Shown: in pieces, positions 11,501 through 23,900 of the stretch
How positions within the stretch are numbered: the stretch's first letter is position 1
Layout: every line of letters starts with the position of its first letter
NCBI GenBank assembly: GCA_905178155.1
Contig: CAJINV010000019.1
Span: forward strand, 976,913 to 1,040,912
Direction of reading: 5' to 3'
Source: Amoebophrya sp. A120
Lineage: Eukaryota; Protista; Dinoflagellata
DNA: 64,000 bases
Translations under genes and position numbers: made by a program
Notes under the pieces: generated by a model
The model's database searches: none
What the model was told of the DNA's origin: nothing
The model's input: the letters and a program-made list of their open reading frames with translations, nothing else

Positions 11501-14500
11501 TTTTGCATTACAAATCTGCCCTGCCGGCTTTTTTCTCTAGGATAACGTCCGCACGTAGGCCAGGGAGTCCGACAAAGCCGCCAGTTTCTCGAAGTGGGTC
11601 ACGTGCTCTATAACCTGCTCAGGTGTTACAATCTCAAACGTTACAATAGAGTATGGAAATCTGTGACGCAAGAGTGCATGATCTAGCCAACTCACTCTCA
11701 TAGGATTGCGCATGACACGTTCCGGAGCCCCGAACCCCACTACCATCTGGCGAACTTTGTATTGCAAAAAGTGGAACGCTGTGCGAGTCTGTCATGCTCA
11801 TCATGCAACACAAAATTCCAGATTCTATTGTAACGTTTGAGATTGTAACGTTTGAGCAGGTCATATGCTCCTGCTTGTCCGACGCTTCGTGAATGGTCTG
11901 CACCACGCGGCCGACCAGTAAGTTCATGATCCCCAGCGACGTGACGAGCGTAAAGAGGAAGAAAAACACCAGCATCGCGGGGTACCCCGGGTAAAGCTCT
12001 TCGTCGGTCGTTTCGAGTGAGCGCAGGTTCATGTAGTTGTTGTAGTCCGATTGTTGTTCTTCTACTTGCTGCGAACCAGGCATGAAGATCACCTCGCCAA
12101 CATCTGCGCCCTGCAACTCGCGTAGCTCCAGCAAAGCAGTGCTGTTCCAACTGACTGCTGGCTCGGTGACGTATCCTGAGGAAAAACGTCCCCACCCCAT
12201 AGTCAAGTTGGAATCTCTGCAACACAAATCCAGAAGTTTTGGGAATCACGTATGACAAGTTTCTCGCTGTATTGTAGTGCTGGTTAGCAAGCACAACCCC
12301 CGCATGACAAAGCCGTCCCCTGATCCTGTTTGCAGCATTACAAATGCCAATATACGATTGAAAATGCCTCTCTTGGGGATGCGCGTTGCAAATGTTCCTG
12401 TCCTTGCAATTCTGCATGACAACTCTGGGGTGGGGACGTTTTCACTCAGGATATGACGCCTTTTATCGTCGAGACCCAGTCGTCGAGAGTGACAATCCTA
12501 TCGCAAGAAAAAACTGTTTCACTGTGAACTTGTAATGCAGAAACTGTATCTGAGAAGTGTTTGTCTTGCTACACATGCAAGACACTAGATTTTTAGCTGT
12601 GTTTTCTCTTAGAAATATCGCATGGCAAATTTTCTCTGTGATGTAGAACGAACTTGTGATGCAAAACTTGCAAAACCCTTACAGTGAAACACTTTTTTCG
12701 TGCGATAGATCCGCAAAAGGGTGTACATGGCGCGCCCAATGTTGGAAAAGTCCTTGCTGTTACCACTAGTACCTGCGGATGAAGAAAGAAGTGTTGAGCT
12801 AGAAGTACTCGAGGCTGCTGTTGTACCACTAGAAGTAGTTGCACCGCCACTGCTACCACTACTACTCCCCCCGGCAAGAAGAGCATCGTCTTTCCGGACT
12901 TGCAAGTCGCCGACGGTTTGCACCAAGAAGATGCTCGCTGTGTAGGTTACGACGATTAGCAAGATCATCAGAAAGCACATCGCCTCCAACGTGTTTATCA
13001 GGGAGGAAACCAGAAGCCACAGCTCCTTGAATTGGTCCATCAATCGGACCAAGCGGACCAGCCGCAGTAGCCTCAAAATCCGCAAAATGGCGAGAAACGG
13101 AAGATCTGCGTTGAGGTTCAGGTTGGGCACGATCCACTCGTCCACCACCCCGATAAAGATCAGGGTGAAGTCGAACTGCACCCACCCTTTCCGGAAGGAC
13201 TGTCGCACGCCGTCGAAAACGCAGCGGAGGGCAAGTTCCACCATGAAGATGAGGAGAAACAGCTGGTTCAGCCACCAGGTGGTTTGGCGGTCCTCCAGAA
13301 ACGCAGCGTCACTGCTTCGCACGTGCGGGTTGTTCGCTTCAATGCCCATGGTGACCGCGTTCGCGACGACGAAAAAGCCGATATTCCCTGAAAATCAACC
13401 ATCCCCAACCCCATCCAATTTGTCATGCAAAACATGTACGGAGCGGAGTAACAACTAGGCCAACAAACTAACTCGGCTCCCCGAGTTAGTCACCCGGGCG
13501 GCCGAATCCGGGCGGCCGGACGACTAACTCGGGACTCTAAGCGCGAAAGTTTTTCTATATAGCGACTCCGGGGCCGACGACTTCGGTCAGAGGTGTGTTT
13601 TGAAAACGTCCTGGCAACATATGCAATTCGTGCGGTTCTGTACTGTGCATAGTTTTTGTGCTTTCATTCAAAAACTCGCTTCAGAAGTCGGAAAGCGTGT
13701 AAAATTGTTGCGCTTCGTAAGTGTTAACTTCACGGCAGGGAAATCTCGTCGTGACAAAACAGGCACTGCCTGCGTTGAAAAGAAAGCGAAAACGTTGCCC
13801 CGTCGACTTTCAAAAAAGACCCCAAGCGCACAAATAGCATGCACAAAAGCACAAATCCGCGCAGGGAATTCCGGCTGTCACAGACTGCGCGATCGTCGGC
13901 CCTTGCCAGCACGAGTTGCCTGCTAACTAGGTAGTGGTCGCCACGAGTTACCTGGCTAGGGAACTCGTGCGCGGCGACCAGTCTCGGTCGCCCGAAAAAC
14001 TTTCGCGCTTAGAATCCCGAGTTAGTCGTCCGGCCGCCCGGATTCGGCCGGCCGGGCGACTAACTCGGGGACCCGAGTTAGTTGGCGTAGTTGTTACTCC
14101 GCTCTAGGAAAATCTGTGTTTGTGATGCATAAATAAAATGGATGGGGATGGTTAATTTTTTTCACGGAATAGCCGAAAGCTAAATCAAATTTGAGCCACG
14201 AGCGGAGCTCCGCGTCCTCGCTCTTCATTTGGAGGATCTCGGGGGACATCTTCACCGCGAACTTGCGCTCCCGCTTTTGCTCTTGCATGTCGGACTGGAA
14301 ATAATTGCGATCCTTTGCCGTGATCAGCCGAGATTTGACCGCACGGGATGACGATTTCCCCGTCCCGGCAGCTCCGTCGTCATTCATCAACTCATCCATC
14401 GCTTTTGTCTTGCCCAGCTGCTTGCCGAATTTGTGGAATTGGTCCACCTTCTTGTTCCTCATAGTGGATGGCTTGCTCTGGCTTTGGCTTTTTTGCTCCT

Positions 14501-15485
14501 CTGGGGGAGGCGAGCCGTTGAGGACTCCTGTGGTGATGATATATAGGAAAAGGTTTATCAGACTGCAAAGAAATAGTAATAGAGAAACCATGTGCAATGC
14601 TAGAGCTAGAGGACATGTGACTCCAGAGAGATTGGTGAAAATAAATGACCCCGTATATTACATCAAATGCAATTAGAATAACGTTTCTCAGCGTGAAAAA
14701 GAAACATGAAAAAGAACTGCATCAGCGTGATCCAAAGTACCAGCACCTGCATCCTCAGCCCCTGCGCGGCGGCCATCAAGTAGATTCTTCGCAGTAGTTT
14801 CACTCTCCTCTGCAACGATCTGAATCCCGATCTCCTCGGCAGTTAGACTGCTCAAGGCGTTCTCTTGATCCACAAAATTTGTCGTGCTGGGCGCCGTCAC
14901 GGCATCATCCACTGCCTGCTGGGCAAACTGGGCAGAAAGGTAGTCCAGGTTGTTGTTGCCTCTTGAAGATGTTGTTCCTTCCCCTTGTTCCCCTGCTTGA
15001 AGATTTTCCGTTTCATTTTCCGTTTTTTCCCCCTCTCGTCCTGCCTGGCGCTTCTGCTGCAGTAGCGGCGTAGTTGCCGGCGGTTGCAACTCCCGTGCCG
15101 GGGCTGCGGCCGAGCCCCGCCCACTTCGATTGCCGGAGGAGGGCGGTCGGGGTGAAGAAGTCGCATACTGTTCGTACTCGCGCTCCGTTAAGACCACCAC
15201 GTTAGGACTGCTGCTGTTGTCGGCATTCTGGACCAACGAGGAGCGCGCTGAGTCCGGTCTCTTCAAGATCCCGCGAGGGGACTCTGGATTATTGACACCT
15301 GCTGCTGCACCCGAGGCGGCCAGGCCTGACTGCTGCAGGAGCCGGGGAGAGCTCGTGGAAAGGTCCATGCTAGTTGTGGTGCAAACAAAAGTATGTAGTT
15401 CCTCGCGCAATTTGAATTTTGCAGCTTTCGACTCATTAATGACGGCCTGCAAATCACTTCTCGCTAAATATCGTCGCTCAAACAT
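8506..15485 (-). CDS. Voltage-gated cation channel 6TM domain with TLDDW filter; multi-exon, upstream channel repeat or gene
   Basis: S1 FDLAFGFFVVANAVTMG forms after splicing out 13382-14171 plus one DR. S4 LRILRLLRLVRLVRL, pore LLRIVTLDDWVS, S6 LGIMNLLVGRVV. Contains 12 introners and a GT-AG intron at ~14530-14740. Start and end are approximate. Confidence 0.8.
8785..8936. mobile_element. Introner family C
   Basis: TIR GCAAAAGTATCG; DR TTCGC. Confidence 0.85.
9005..9270. mobile_element. Introner family B
   Basis: TIR; DR TCCCC. Confidence 0.85.
9318..9532. mobile_element. Introner family D
   Basis: TIR ATCCCACGAAAAAAGTG; DR CCTTT. Confidence 0.8.
9652..9944. mobile_element. Introner family B
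   Basis: TIR; DR ACCCG/ATCCG. Confidence 0.8.
10013..10155. mobile_element. Introner family C
   Basis: TIR; imperfect DR. Confidence 0.75.
10711..10860. mobile_element. Introner family C
   Basis: TIR TATGCATTGCA; DR GCTCA/GTTCA. Confidence 0.8.
11063..11308. mobile_element. Introner family A
   Basis: DR CGGTC; TAT...ATA. Confidence 0.8.
11365..11544. mobile_element. Introner (singleton type)
   Basis: TIR TATCCCAGAGAAAAAAGCTGGCAGGGC; DR ACGTC. Confidence 0.85.
11609..11865. mobile_element. Introner family F
   Basis: TIR ACCTGCTCA..GTTACAATCTCAAACGTTACAATAG; DR TGCTC. Confidence 0.85.
12172..12453. mobile_element. Introner family B
   Basis: TIR; DR TGACG. Confidence 0.85.
12499..12707. 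mobile_element. Introner family D
   Basis: TIR TATCGCAAGAAAAAACTGTTTCACTG; DR AATCC/GATCC. Confidence 0.85.
13382..14171. mobile_element. Introner (singleton type) carrying a nested MITE
   Basis: TIR TATTCC.TGAAAA..AACCATCCCCA; DR GCCGA; splicing restores the S1 helix. Confidence 0.8.
13441..14104. mobile_element. MITE with ~115-bp terminal inverted repeats, nested in an introner
   Basis: GAGCGGAGTAACAACTA...AAGCGCGAAAGTTTTT is mirrored by AAAAACTTTCGCGCTT...TAGTTGTTACTCCGCTC. Repeated CTAACTCGG motifs. Confidence 0.8.
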
Positions 15486-16005
15486 CTTCGACTTATCACA
15501 TGGAGTCCGCTCACAAATCACCTCGCGCCTGGACCCTTCGCGATAGCAGGTACTTACCCACTGCGCGGCGCCCCACGACCTTGAAGGCCCCCACCCGACA
15601 CGGAGTCTGCAAGCCAAGCACTGCGCGAGCGCGGCTCATCAGTCGGCGATCCGCATAATAATACGATCTTCTTCGCAACTAGTAGGTACTTACCCCATTG
15701 TCGGGCCGCTCAATGGGCGACCAAAAGAAACGAAAACCACGACGACATAAAACTCTTTTGTCTCCTACTTGAAAGCAGGACAAGGTAGAACAGACACAGA
15801 GGGTTTTGAAGGTGCTGCAGAGCCTGTTCTGGTTCCGTCCGTCGACAGTGGACGAAGCGAATGTAGAGGTGTGTTCGTACTCACTAGTATGTCCTGTCGT
15901 AGTCGCTCTTTCAACTATTGCGCAAAGTTTTTTTCTAGAAAATTCATTTATCTGATAGCAGCAAGACGTCCACCTGCACCTCATCATGAACCAAATCCGA
16001 TGTCA

Positions 16006-17005
16006 TTATTTCAGTGCCTGTTTTTTCAGCAGTGTCTGATTCCTTTCGACCTTTGCTACGTTGCGGTCCGTCGTTTCATTCAGTTTGTCGAGCATGTCGT
16101 TTTGCATCCCGAGGGTTTGATTCATCGCAAGGGATTTTTCTTTCAACCCGCCCACAAGCTGCTCCATCAGCGCCATGTCCTGGTCCTCTCTGCTCAATGG
16201 TGCACCTCCTGGCGGATTCGCATAATTCGTGTAGTTTTTGCTAGAGCTATTAGAGTGCTGCGGTTGCTGATTGTAAATTAGCGCACTTTGATGTTGTTGA
16301 GGTGGCGGAGGTTGGGGTGGCTGTCCTCCATGTAGTTGTGCGTTTTTTCCGCTCGAGTCTGGTGCTGCTGCACGACCCGCCGCATTTTGTGCGCTACTTG
16401 ATGTAGTTTGTTCCCCTCCATCTTCCTCGAGTCCGAATGTCGTGCTTGTTTGTTCGTATGCGGAAGAGAAGGCGCCTTTCACGCGACCGAAAAAGGAGGT
16501 CATACCTGCAAGCGGTTGCATTGGTCGAGGACGTGTGGTGAAACAGACCACTTTTATTAGCCTATTCGTTTTACTTATTTTGACTGACACAGAACGAATT
16601 CTTTCAGCAGAAATTCTACAGAGCTCATTTGCTTCTCCTCTTTCGCAGAACTAAGAAGTATACCAAGAAGCATTTCAATTGAACATCCGCACCCATATTC
16701 TTACCTTTCAAGATCTGTTCGCCCATGTCCAGATTGCTTTCCGTTGCGTCCGCATACGCCTGAGTCCGCTGGATCTGCTCGGTTTGGGAATCCAAAGTCA
16801 GGCACGACTTTGTCGCAATCTCGTCTGTTTGCTTCAAGGTCGTCAAAGTTCTTTGCAGGCTCTCACTTGTCTTCTCCCGATAGTAGTCGGCCGAGTGGTG
16901 GTGCGACGGAAGATTTTGGGTCTGGTACGGTTGTATGCTGTTGCTCGACGAAGAGCTCGCGGATGAAGATCCCCTTCCGCCGGGGCCTCCAAAGGGTGCA
17001 GTCAT
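16006..17005 (-). CDS. SNAP-25/SNAP-29-like Qbc-SNARE
   Basis: Two SNARE heptad motifs (TLDSQTEQIQRTQAYADATESNLDMGEQILKGM; MNQTLGMQNDMLDKLNETTDRN) joined in frame by a GT-AG intron at 16506-16704. Confidence 0.8.
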
Positions 17006-17921
17006 TTGGTTTATTCTGGTGGGCTCTTTAGATGTTGATCCGTGGTGTTGTTACTTACTAGTTTTCCTTTTCTTCAATCTCAACTCTAACCAGCACGACG
17101 GAATAGCGACAAACTACAGACAACGTATAGAAAATGTCGCCACCCACGCTAGGCGAGCAGAAAGAACTGTACGAAGAAATACAGGCACTGGCACCTCGAC
17201 ATTCCTTTACCGTCCTGCCGCTCGTCCAGGAAAAAAAAGCCACTCGTGTGAAAAACGTCAACGTCATCAACCACCAGGAGTAGATGACAAAAACAAGGGT
17301 TCAAAACGAATTGAAGCCCAGGAAGTGTGGCTTCAACATCTCACATCAAGCCCTAATTTGCCGACTATGGTTGAGTTTGTGAAAAGCTATGAGCTCCAAA
17401 TCAATTACAGTCTGTATTGTTTGGTACTTCTACACTGTCAAAAAGTCTGAGCCAGGATAATGTACAGGGGTCGTGGTCTTTTGTGCACCATCATACAATA
17501 ATTAAGAAGAGAGATTGTAGCCCATGTGTGAAGATAAAAATACTCGCCAAAGTTGTCCTGTTTTGATGTCCAAACTTATCATATACGATTTCATTTACTT
17601 CTCACGTCACCAATACTGTGACTGAGGTTCGTCTGTGATGTCCATAGGAATAACTCAAAAAAAAAAATGTCAGTATAAAGTGGTCGAGTGAGATTAAGTA
17701 AGGTAACTTCCTGTCTGATAGTATCTTTTTGCATATGAGAATTAGGGGCTGCAAAATCCACGGGTTGATAAATGTGTTTTTTTTCTGATCGACGATAGAA
17801 TTCTTTATCCAGAGCTGTCGAATTTCTTACAGGGAGACCACAGGAGCTCGAATTCATCATCCGTCATACTCTAGTTAGTGCGCGATCCAACGAAAATTTT
17901 CCGATACCCACCAGAAGCAAA

Positions 17922-20900
17922 TCAGAACAACAGCCCTTGTCTCAGCGCGACCACGAGCGGCAAGTCCGGTTTTTCTTCCACCTTCTTCACTTCCTCAATC
18001 GGGATCAAGTTTTGTGCTCGCAAAACCTCCGCGCAGAGCGCAAAACCCCGGTATTCGGCCAGGTCGACGGCTAGCTCGCCCCGCAAGGTGCGGATGTGCA
18101 GGCTCGGTTTCCGCTGCAGCAGCAGATCCAACACTTGTTTTTTCCGGTTTTCCGCCCGGAAAGCCCGGTCGTGGAGAACGTTGGCGAGGAGTATCAGGCT
18201 GAAAAGGGGAAAGGAGTTTGATGTAGGTTGTCATCTTCATGTTGCGAGACCATCAGCATCACGTCGTGGCAGTTGGACTGCAGATGCAGAACATGCATCC
18301 ATTTTTTCCATTCCTCTGCTCTTGACATGTTGCCAACAGAAGATATTAACAGAAAAGGACACGACCGCTATAGTACAACAGCGAAGTCGTGCTGAAAAAA
18401 CTGCGAGATGAAAAACGATCTAGTACGTCCGACTCGCTGATTCACTCGCAGCAATGGTGTTTTGGCACCATTCCCACGATACTTTTCCATGCATGTATGT
18501 TGACCGCATCATGCAAAGCAATAAACAATGAGATCACATGATCGCATGAAAACTTCGCCGCGCTCCGAACTTCCTTTCCGAGCGTAGCAGCGTGTAATGG
18601 TGTCCACCCCTTGCAATCTTGATGATTGATAGCGGCGCCTGGATTTTTTTTCAAGAGGGATACTTGTGAAGCAGCACACGAAGGGTACCCGGGACGCGAA
18701 GGGTACCTAGAACAGAAAAAGGCACAGAAAACAGACAAAAAGACGTATGAACAGAGAAGTTTTGTCTGACCACGCGCAGTGTTTGTCTGTGCTGCGCGGC
18801 ACATACAACTTTTTCGTATGTGGAGAAGAAGCGGCGCGGTTCTGATTGAATATTCATTCTAGTACAAGGAAAACGCACGCAGAAACGGCGCACTGCGGTT
18901 TTTCGTCCATCACAAGAAGGGGCGCTCGCGCGCGCAGCACAAGCTTGGCGCGAAGAACAACCGAGCGAGGGCGGAAATCGCATAAGAAGCACTGCCCTCC
19001 TGGGCGAAGCGCGCGCGACAAAAAGTTGAGACACCTCCACAACGCCGAAAGCGGCGATGCTTGTCCAGAAAAGCGTTACCCGCAGCGAAGTCCCGACCGA
19101 TCTGTGGTGAGGTAGCGGCGAACTGGCGGTTGACGCACGGGTGGACCAGGTCCGTGCTTCGCACAGCAGACTGCTGCGCAGGCGGCTTCGCAAAGGGAGC
19201 GTCAGGTGCTGCTGGTTGTGGGCGGCGCCGGGTTTAGCTTTGGTGGTTGTGACGGGGTCGGAACCAGGCCGGGGCGGACGCAATTCTGGCAAGCGCGCCA
19301 CGATAGTGTCGCGGTGGTGTTTCTACAAAAAGTTAGCGACGCGCAACGCCCGAGAAGACAACACTTCGCACACGAAAAACGCGCCCCACAGGGCTGAACT
19401 AAGCGGCCGCGCCTGTGCCGCGCAGCGAACTCCGAAACTGCGACAGAAGGGCGCCAGAAAGAGCGCAGTACGTTCAAAAACTGTGTCAATCTGTGGGTTC
19501 AAAATCTTGCTGCGAACAGAGCACGCAGCACACACCGGCTTTTCAGCATCCGAAGTTGTTGCCGAAAAAGCATGGCACCGTGGAGAAACACGGGAGCCTT
19601 GCGAGAGCAGGTGGCGGGCGGGAGTCCCGAGCTCAAGGTGAGCAGCACGGCCATTTTATTTTTTTTACGGTTCCAAAATAGCGCATTTGGGCGCGCTAGT
19701 GAAGATTCGTTGCCGCGCGGAGAGTAGGGCGAGGGGAAAGACCTCGCCCACGCTGCCACGGTGGGTATGTAGAAGCGTAGTACGGAAGCGCTAGACATAG
19801 GCATAGAGCATAGTTGCAGAGCACAGGTCCCAAGCGGTCCACAAGGGTATCCAAATAAATAGAAGCTTTACAGAAGTCACGTAGTAGCACTCGAGAAGAA
19901 TAGAAACTATGAAAATAGGCAGAGGCAGAATGTAGCTATTGTGTAAGTACTTAGCAGCGCGAGTCTTGGTGGTCCATGCAAAACAGGGGAGGGTGGGGAG
20001 GGGAGACGGGAGCCCAGGATAGCAGGTAGCACTCCGTCTGGTTTGGGCGACCGCGCGAACGTAACAGGGCGCACCAAACCACTCTTGGCGTGCTAGCTGC
20101 TCTGGGACATTGTGGACATCGTGTTATATTTCTACCCGAAATAAAATGTCGCCCTGCATGCAAAAACGTAAGCCCCCGCGCCTCGTCACGGCGCTCGCGC
20201 AAAGCGGGGGCCACCACAGGGGGAGGGCGCCCTGTGGTGGGGGGCTGGAAAGCCCCCGGGAGTATTTCTATAATTGCGGCCCCTAGGATGCAGTCGTTGC
20301 CAGCGCGCCCCTGAAGTGAACTTGTCGCACCTATAAAACCGGGCTTCCCGCCATAGAGCCTCGTGGCAGGCGCCGCATCGCGGAGTGCCCACAAAAACGA
20401 GCGGCACCTGCTGGGAGGGTGAAATACATCGCACAAAGAAGAAAGGAACGGGAATAGGCGAGCGCCTATCTACACGCGTGGGCCCGCCGCGTGTACACAG
20501 GAGTTCGCCGGCGGCTGGGAAGCGCGCACGCCACGGAGTACGAGGCGTGCGCGCACCAGTCAGATCCGACGAAGGGACGACTGGGAGCATATCTAACTGT
20601 GTGCGATGAAGAACAGGCTCATCAGGGGGGGCCGGCGGCGGGGATGGGCAGCAAAGAAATGTCTAAAACGTTTCGCATTCCTAAGCGCGCTGAATTTCTG
20701 ATTACGAGAGCGGCAAATCTAGAAGAGAGAAAAAAAGCGATGCAGAGCGTTGGAGGCGGATGTGCAAAAGTGCCAGAAAAGAAAAACCGTCGACAGACAA
20801 AAGAACTAAGAAAAAAGGAGAGCCTCCGGAGGAAGAGAGAAATATGCCTCCCCCCACGAAAAGTGGGGGCAGGGGGCACCGCGTTCCCCTTAGGTCTACC

Positions 20901-23900
20901 GGGGGCGCCGCCTCCCAAGTTCGGGCGCCCCGCCTATCTCTAGTTGCACATCGGTACTCGCCTTTTCTCAAGAAGGCAGGGGAGCGACCTACTTTTCCCC
21001 TGGCGCATGTTTACCGCATAAGCGCAAGCGGAACGAAGGGCGCCGGAACGATGGAAAAACCCTACCCACAAATATCCACAGAACGGCAGCACCCAACGCC
21101 CCCCCCGCGCACGGATTAGGCATACGCCGTCACCGAAGACCGCACGGTAGGGATCGCAATCTTTTTGGCCGGGAGGTGTTAAAAGAGAAGGCGAAAACCA
21201 AGGCGAACGCGGGCCAAGTATGCCACGCTTGCGCCAAGCGCAAGTCACCGTCGCGACGGTGAGGGCTACAGGTGAACGAAACCCTGCGCCCCGAGAGGGG
21301 CCAGGGTTCGAGTTAAGAACGAAAGGGACCGGAGGTAGAGCAAGATACTAATCGACACACAACAACGGTAGTACGTAGAGCGCCGCAAAAGGTTTGTGGA
21401 CTGGTGCCTTGACAAAGAAAAAAACTCCTGCGTGGAGGAGCAAAGAGAGCAGCTAGAAAAACACACCGCCCAGGGACGGCGGGCTACATACTACGGACGG
21501 GATCCCCTGTCTGAACTTTTCGAGTTTCCTTCGCAACGACGGTTCGTTGTAGCGATTTTTTGAAAAAAAAAAGAATGACAACTTTTGGGACAAAATGCCT
21601 TCGATGGTCGTACACGTACGGGAAGTTTTGAGCTTTCATTTTTTCGGAAGGTGGGGCACCGGGATACAATTTTCGGACTTTCATGCTGGGCGAGCAGGCA
21701 CGTAGCGCTGCGCCCACGAGTCTATAACTATATTTTTTTTGTATGTGGAGTTTTTCATAGGCTTATCTTTACTGAACTGTAGACGAATGTGCGGCGGAAT
21801 GACAGAACTAGCGACGCCGAACGCGCAAGAAAACGACCTATAGCAGGGTGAGAAGAAGTACAGCGAGAAACTGATCAAGAGCGATGAAAATTTTCATTGT
21901 CGACGATGCCCCGCTACACATGGCGGGGCGCGTGCCCTCAAAGCTGGTCGTCATAGCCAGGCAGGGAAGCAGGAAGAGGGACGCGCGACACACAAGTGGT
22001 GACCGACCCAAGGTCGGACGCCTGCGCCGCCTCGGCAGCTTTCTCCGCGACCTCAAGGAGCAACCGCGCCCGGTCGCGCAGCGGCTCCGGGATTTCCCGC
22101 AAATCGGGGCCCGCCCGGTCTCCTCGTTTCCCCCAGCGAAACATCCCCCCAAGGAGACAAGTGGCGCCTGAAAAGGTTCCATACGTAGCTCCCTGGCGTA
22201 ACCGCACGCCCACCCCCGTGAGCTGCAAGTAGACGCCATACCCGCCGCCGCGCCCGGCCGCTTCACGGAGCAAATTACCAAAAAGCGGCCCGGGGGGCGG
22301 GCGGTCTTCCACGTTCGCTCCCGCCCAAGGGTAAACTGTGATAGCAAGGGCCTGCCCGTAGGCGTAAAGCAGCAGGCGGTGTCCACGCGAAAGCGCCTTG
22401 CACTGCAATAAAATCCCCTCGACGTGGAAATCCCGGCGCGGCTGAGCGCGCTTTGTTGCTAGGTTGGGCAACGCAACCAAAGCAACGGGCGCCGCGAGCG
22501 GAAGCGGGTCGGGAAAATTCCCGAACCGAAACCCGCCGGTGGGGAAGCGTTCTAAACCCCCGCCCCGGGGATGCGCAGCTTCCCCCGCACCGGCCGAGGC
22601 CGGCTGCGCTTCGGGAACAGCAGGGGAAGGAGAAGTGGCAGCCGGCCCAAGTGGCGTTGGGACAACAGGAGGAGATGAAACTGCCGGCGCCGGCGCGGCG
22701 ATGGCCGGGCCAACGTCACTAGGAAGCCCAACGCGGTCGGGCGACGCCCCCCGGTCCAGCTCGACCGACGCAACGGAGCGCCGGAGGCGCTGCCGTTTTT
22801 GCCCCTGCGAGGGCGTAGACTCCACCACGAGAGTCGTCCCGTCGATAGCTGCGACACGGAACCCCAACAGCCAGTTTGCTTCTTGCACCCGTTGGCCTGC
22901 CACCGCGCGCAGGTTGCCCGCCCGGGGGTTGCGGACTTTTACCCGGGTGCCAATCGGGAAAAGCCGCAAGCGGTCAACGACCGTCCCCCCGCGGGCCTGG
23001 GTGTACCTGTTAACACGCCGCTCCGCCTCCGCCATGGCCCGCTCGTTGGCCACGTCCCGCAAGGCCGCCAAGGCCGCGGACCGCGGAGGCACCGCCGGCG
23101 GCGCCGCGGGACTGGCAACCAAAGGCGGAGACGACGGCGCCGGCGCCACCGCTGCGGGCGGGCCGGCGGGCGCGACGGGAGCGCCCGCGGCGGGTGGCGC
23201 CGCTTCCGCTGCCGCGGCAGCCGGGGGCCCTGGAGATGGAGGCGGCGGAAGCGCAAGCGCCTCCGCCACCGCCCGGGCCTGTCGTGTGTGCGGCGCACAC
23301 CCCCGGACGAACGTCCAGGGGGACTGACCATGCTTCCACGGCTTCGGGGCGGTGTTGTACCGAAACACCGCCCGCGGAAGCAGGTCAGCCCACGACTGGC
23401 CCGGGTGCTCCAGAGCCAGCGCCGCCAAGATTTTGGACAACGAGACCCACACCACCTCCATGGCCCCGTTGCCCTGCGGCCGCCCCGGCTCCGTGAACGA
23501 CACCGAGCAGCCCCACTCCGAAAGGAGCAGGCCCCACTCGGTGCCGTTGTCGCAAACAACATGCTCCGGCAGCCCCCAGCTGCTCTCCAGCGGCGAGTAC
23601 GCGAGCAGCGTACAAGCCGCGGAGTGGTCGGCCGCCGCGGCGGCCCACAACTCCCCGCCGACGGCGCAGACGGCGCCGCAGATGGCGACCGCCTGGCCGG
23701 GGGCGGGGTTTGTGGCAGTGGGGGCGACCCGGCAACGGGGCATGATTTTGCGGTCGATGTGCACTTTCCGGTAGACCTTTCCGGAAAGTGCACTGTGTTC
23801 CGCCGTGAGCGCCGCCGCGCTGTACGGCGGGACCGGCGCCTTCACCACCGCGCGCGCGGCGCAGACGCGGCAACGCGCCACCACGTCTGCGCAGATGCGA

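Noticed and set aside
15548-15697. Repeated AGGTACTTACCC resembling the U1 snRNA 5' end
   Set aside because: Better explained as minus-strand GGTAAGTA splice donors; no U1 body follows.
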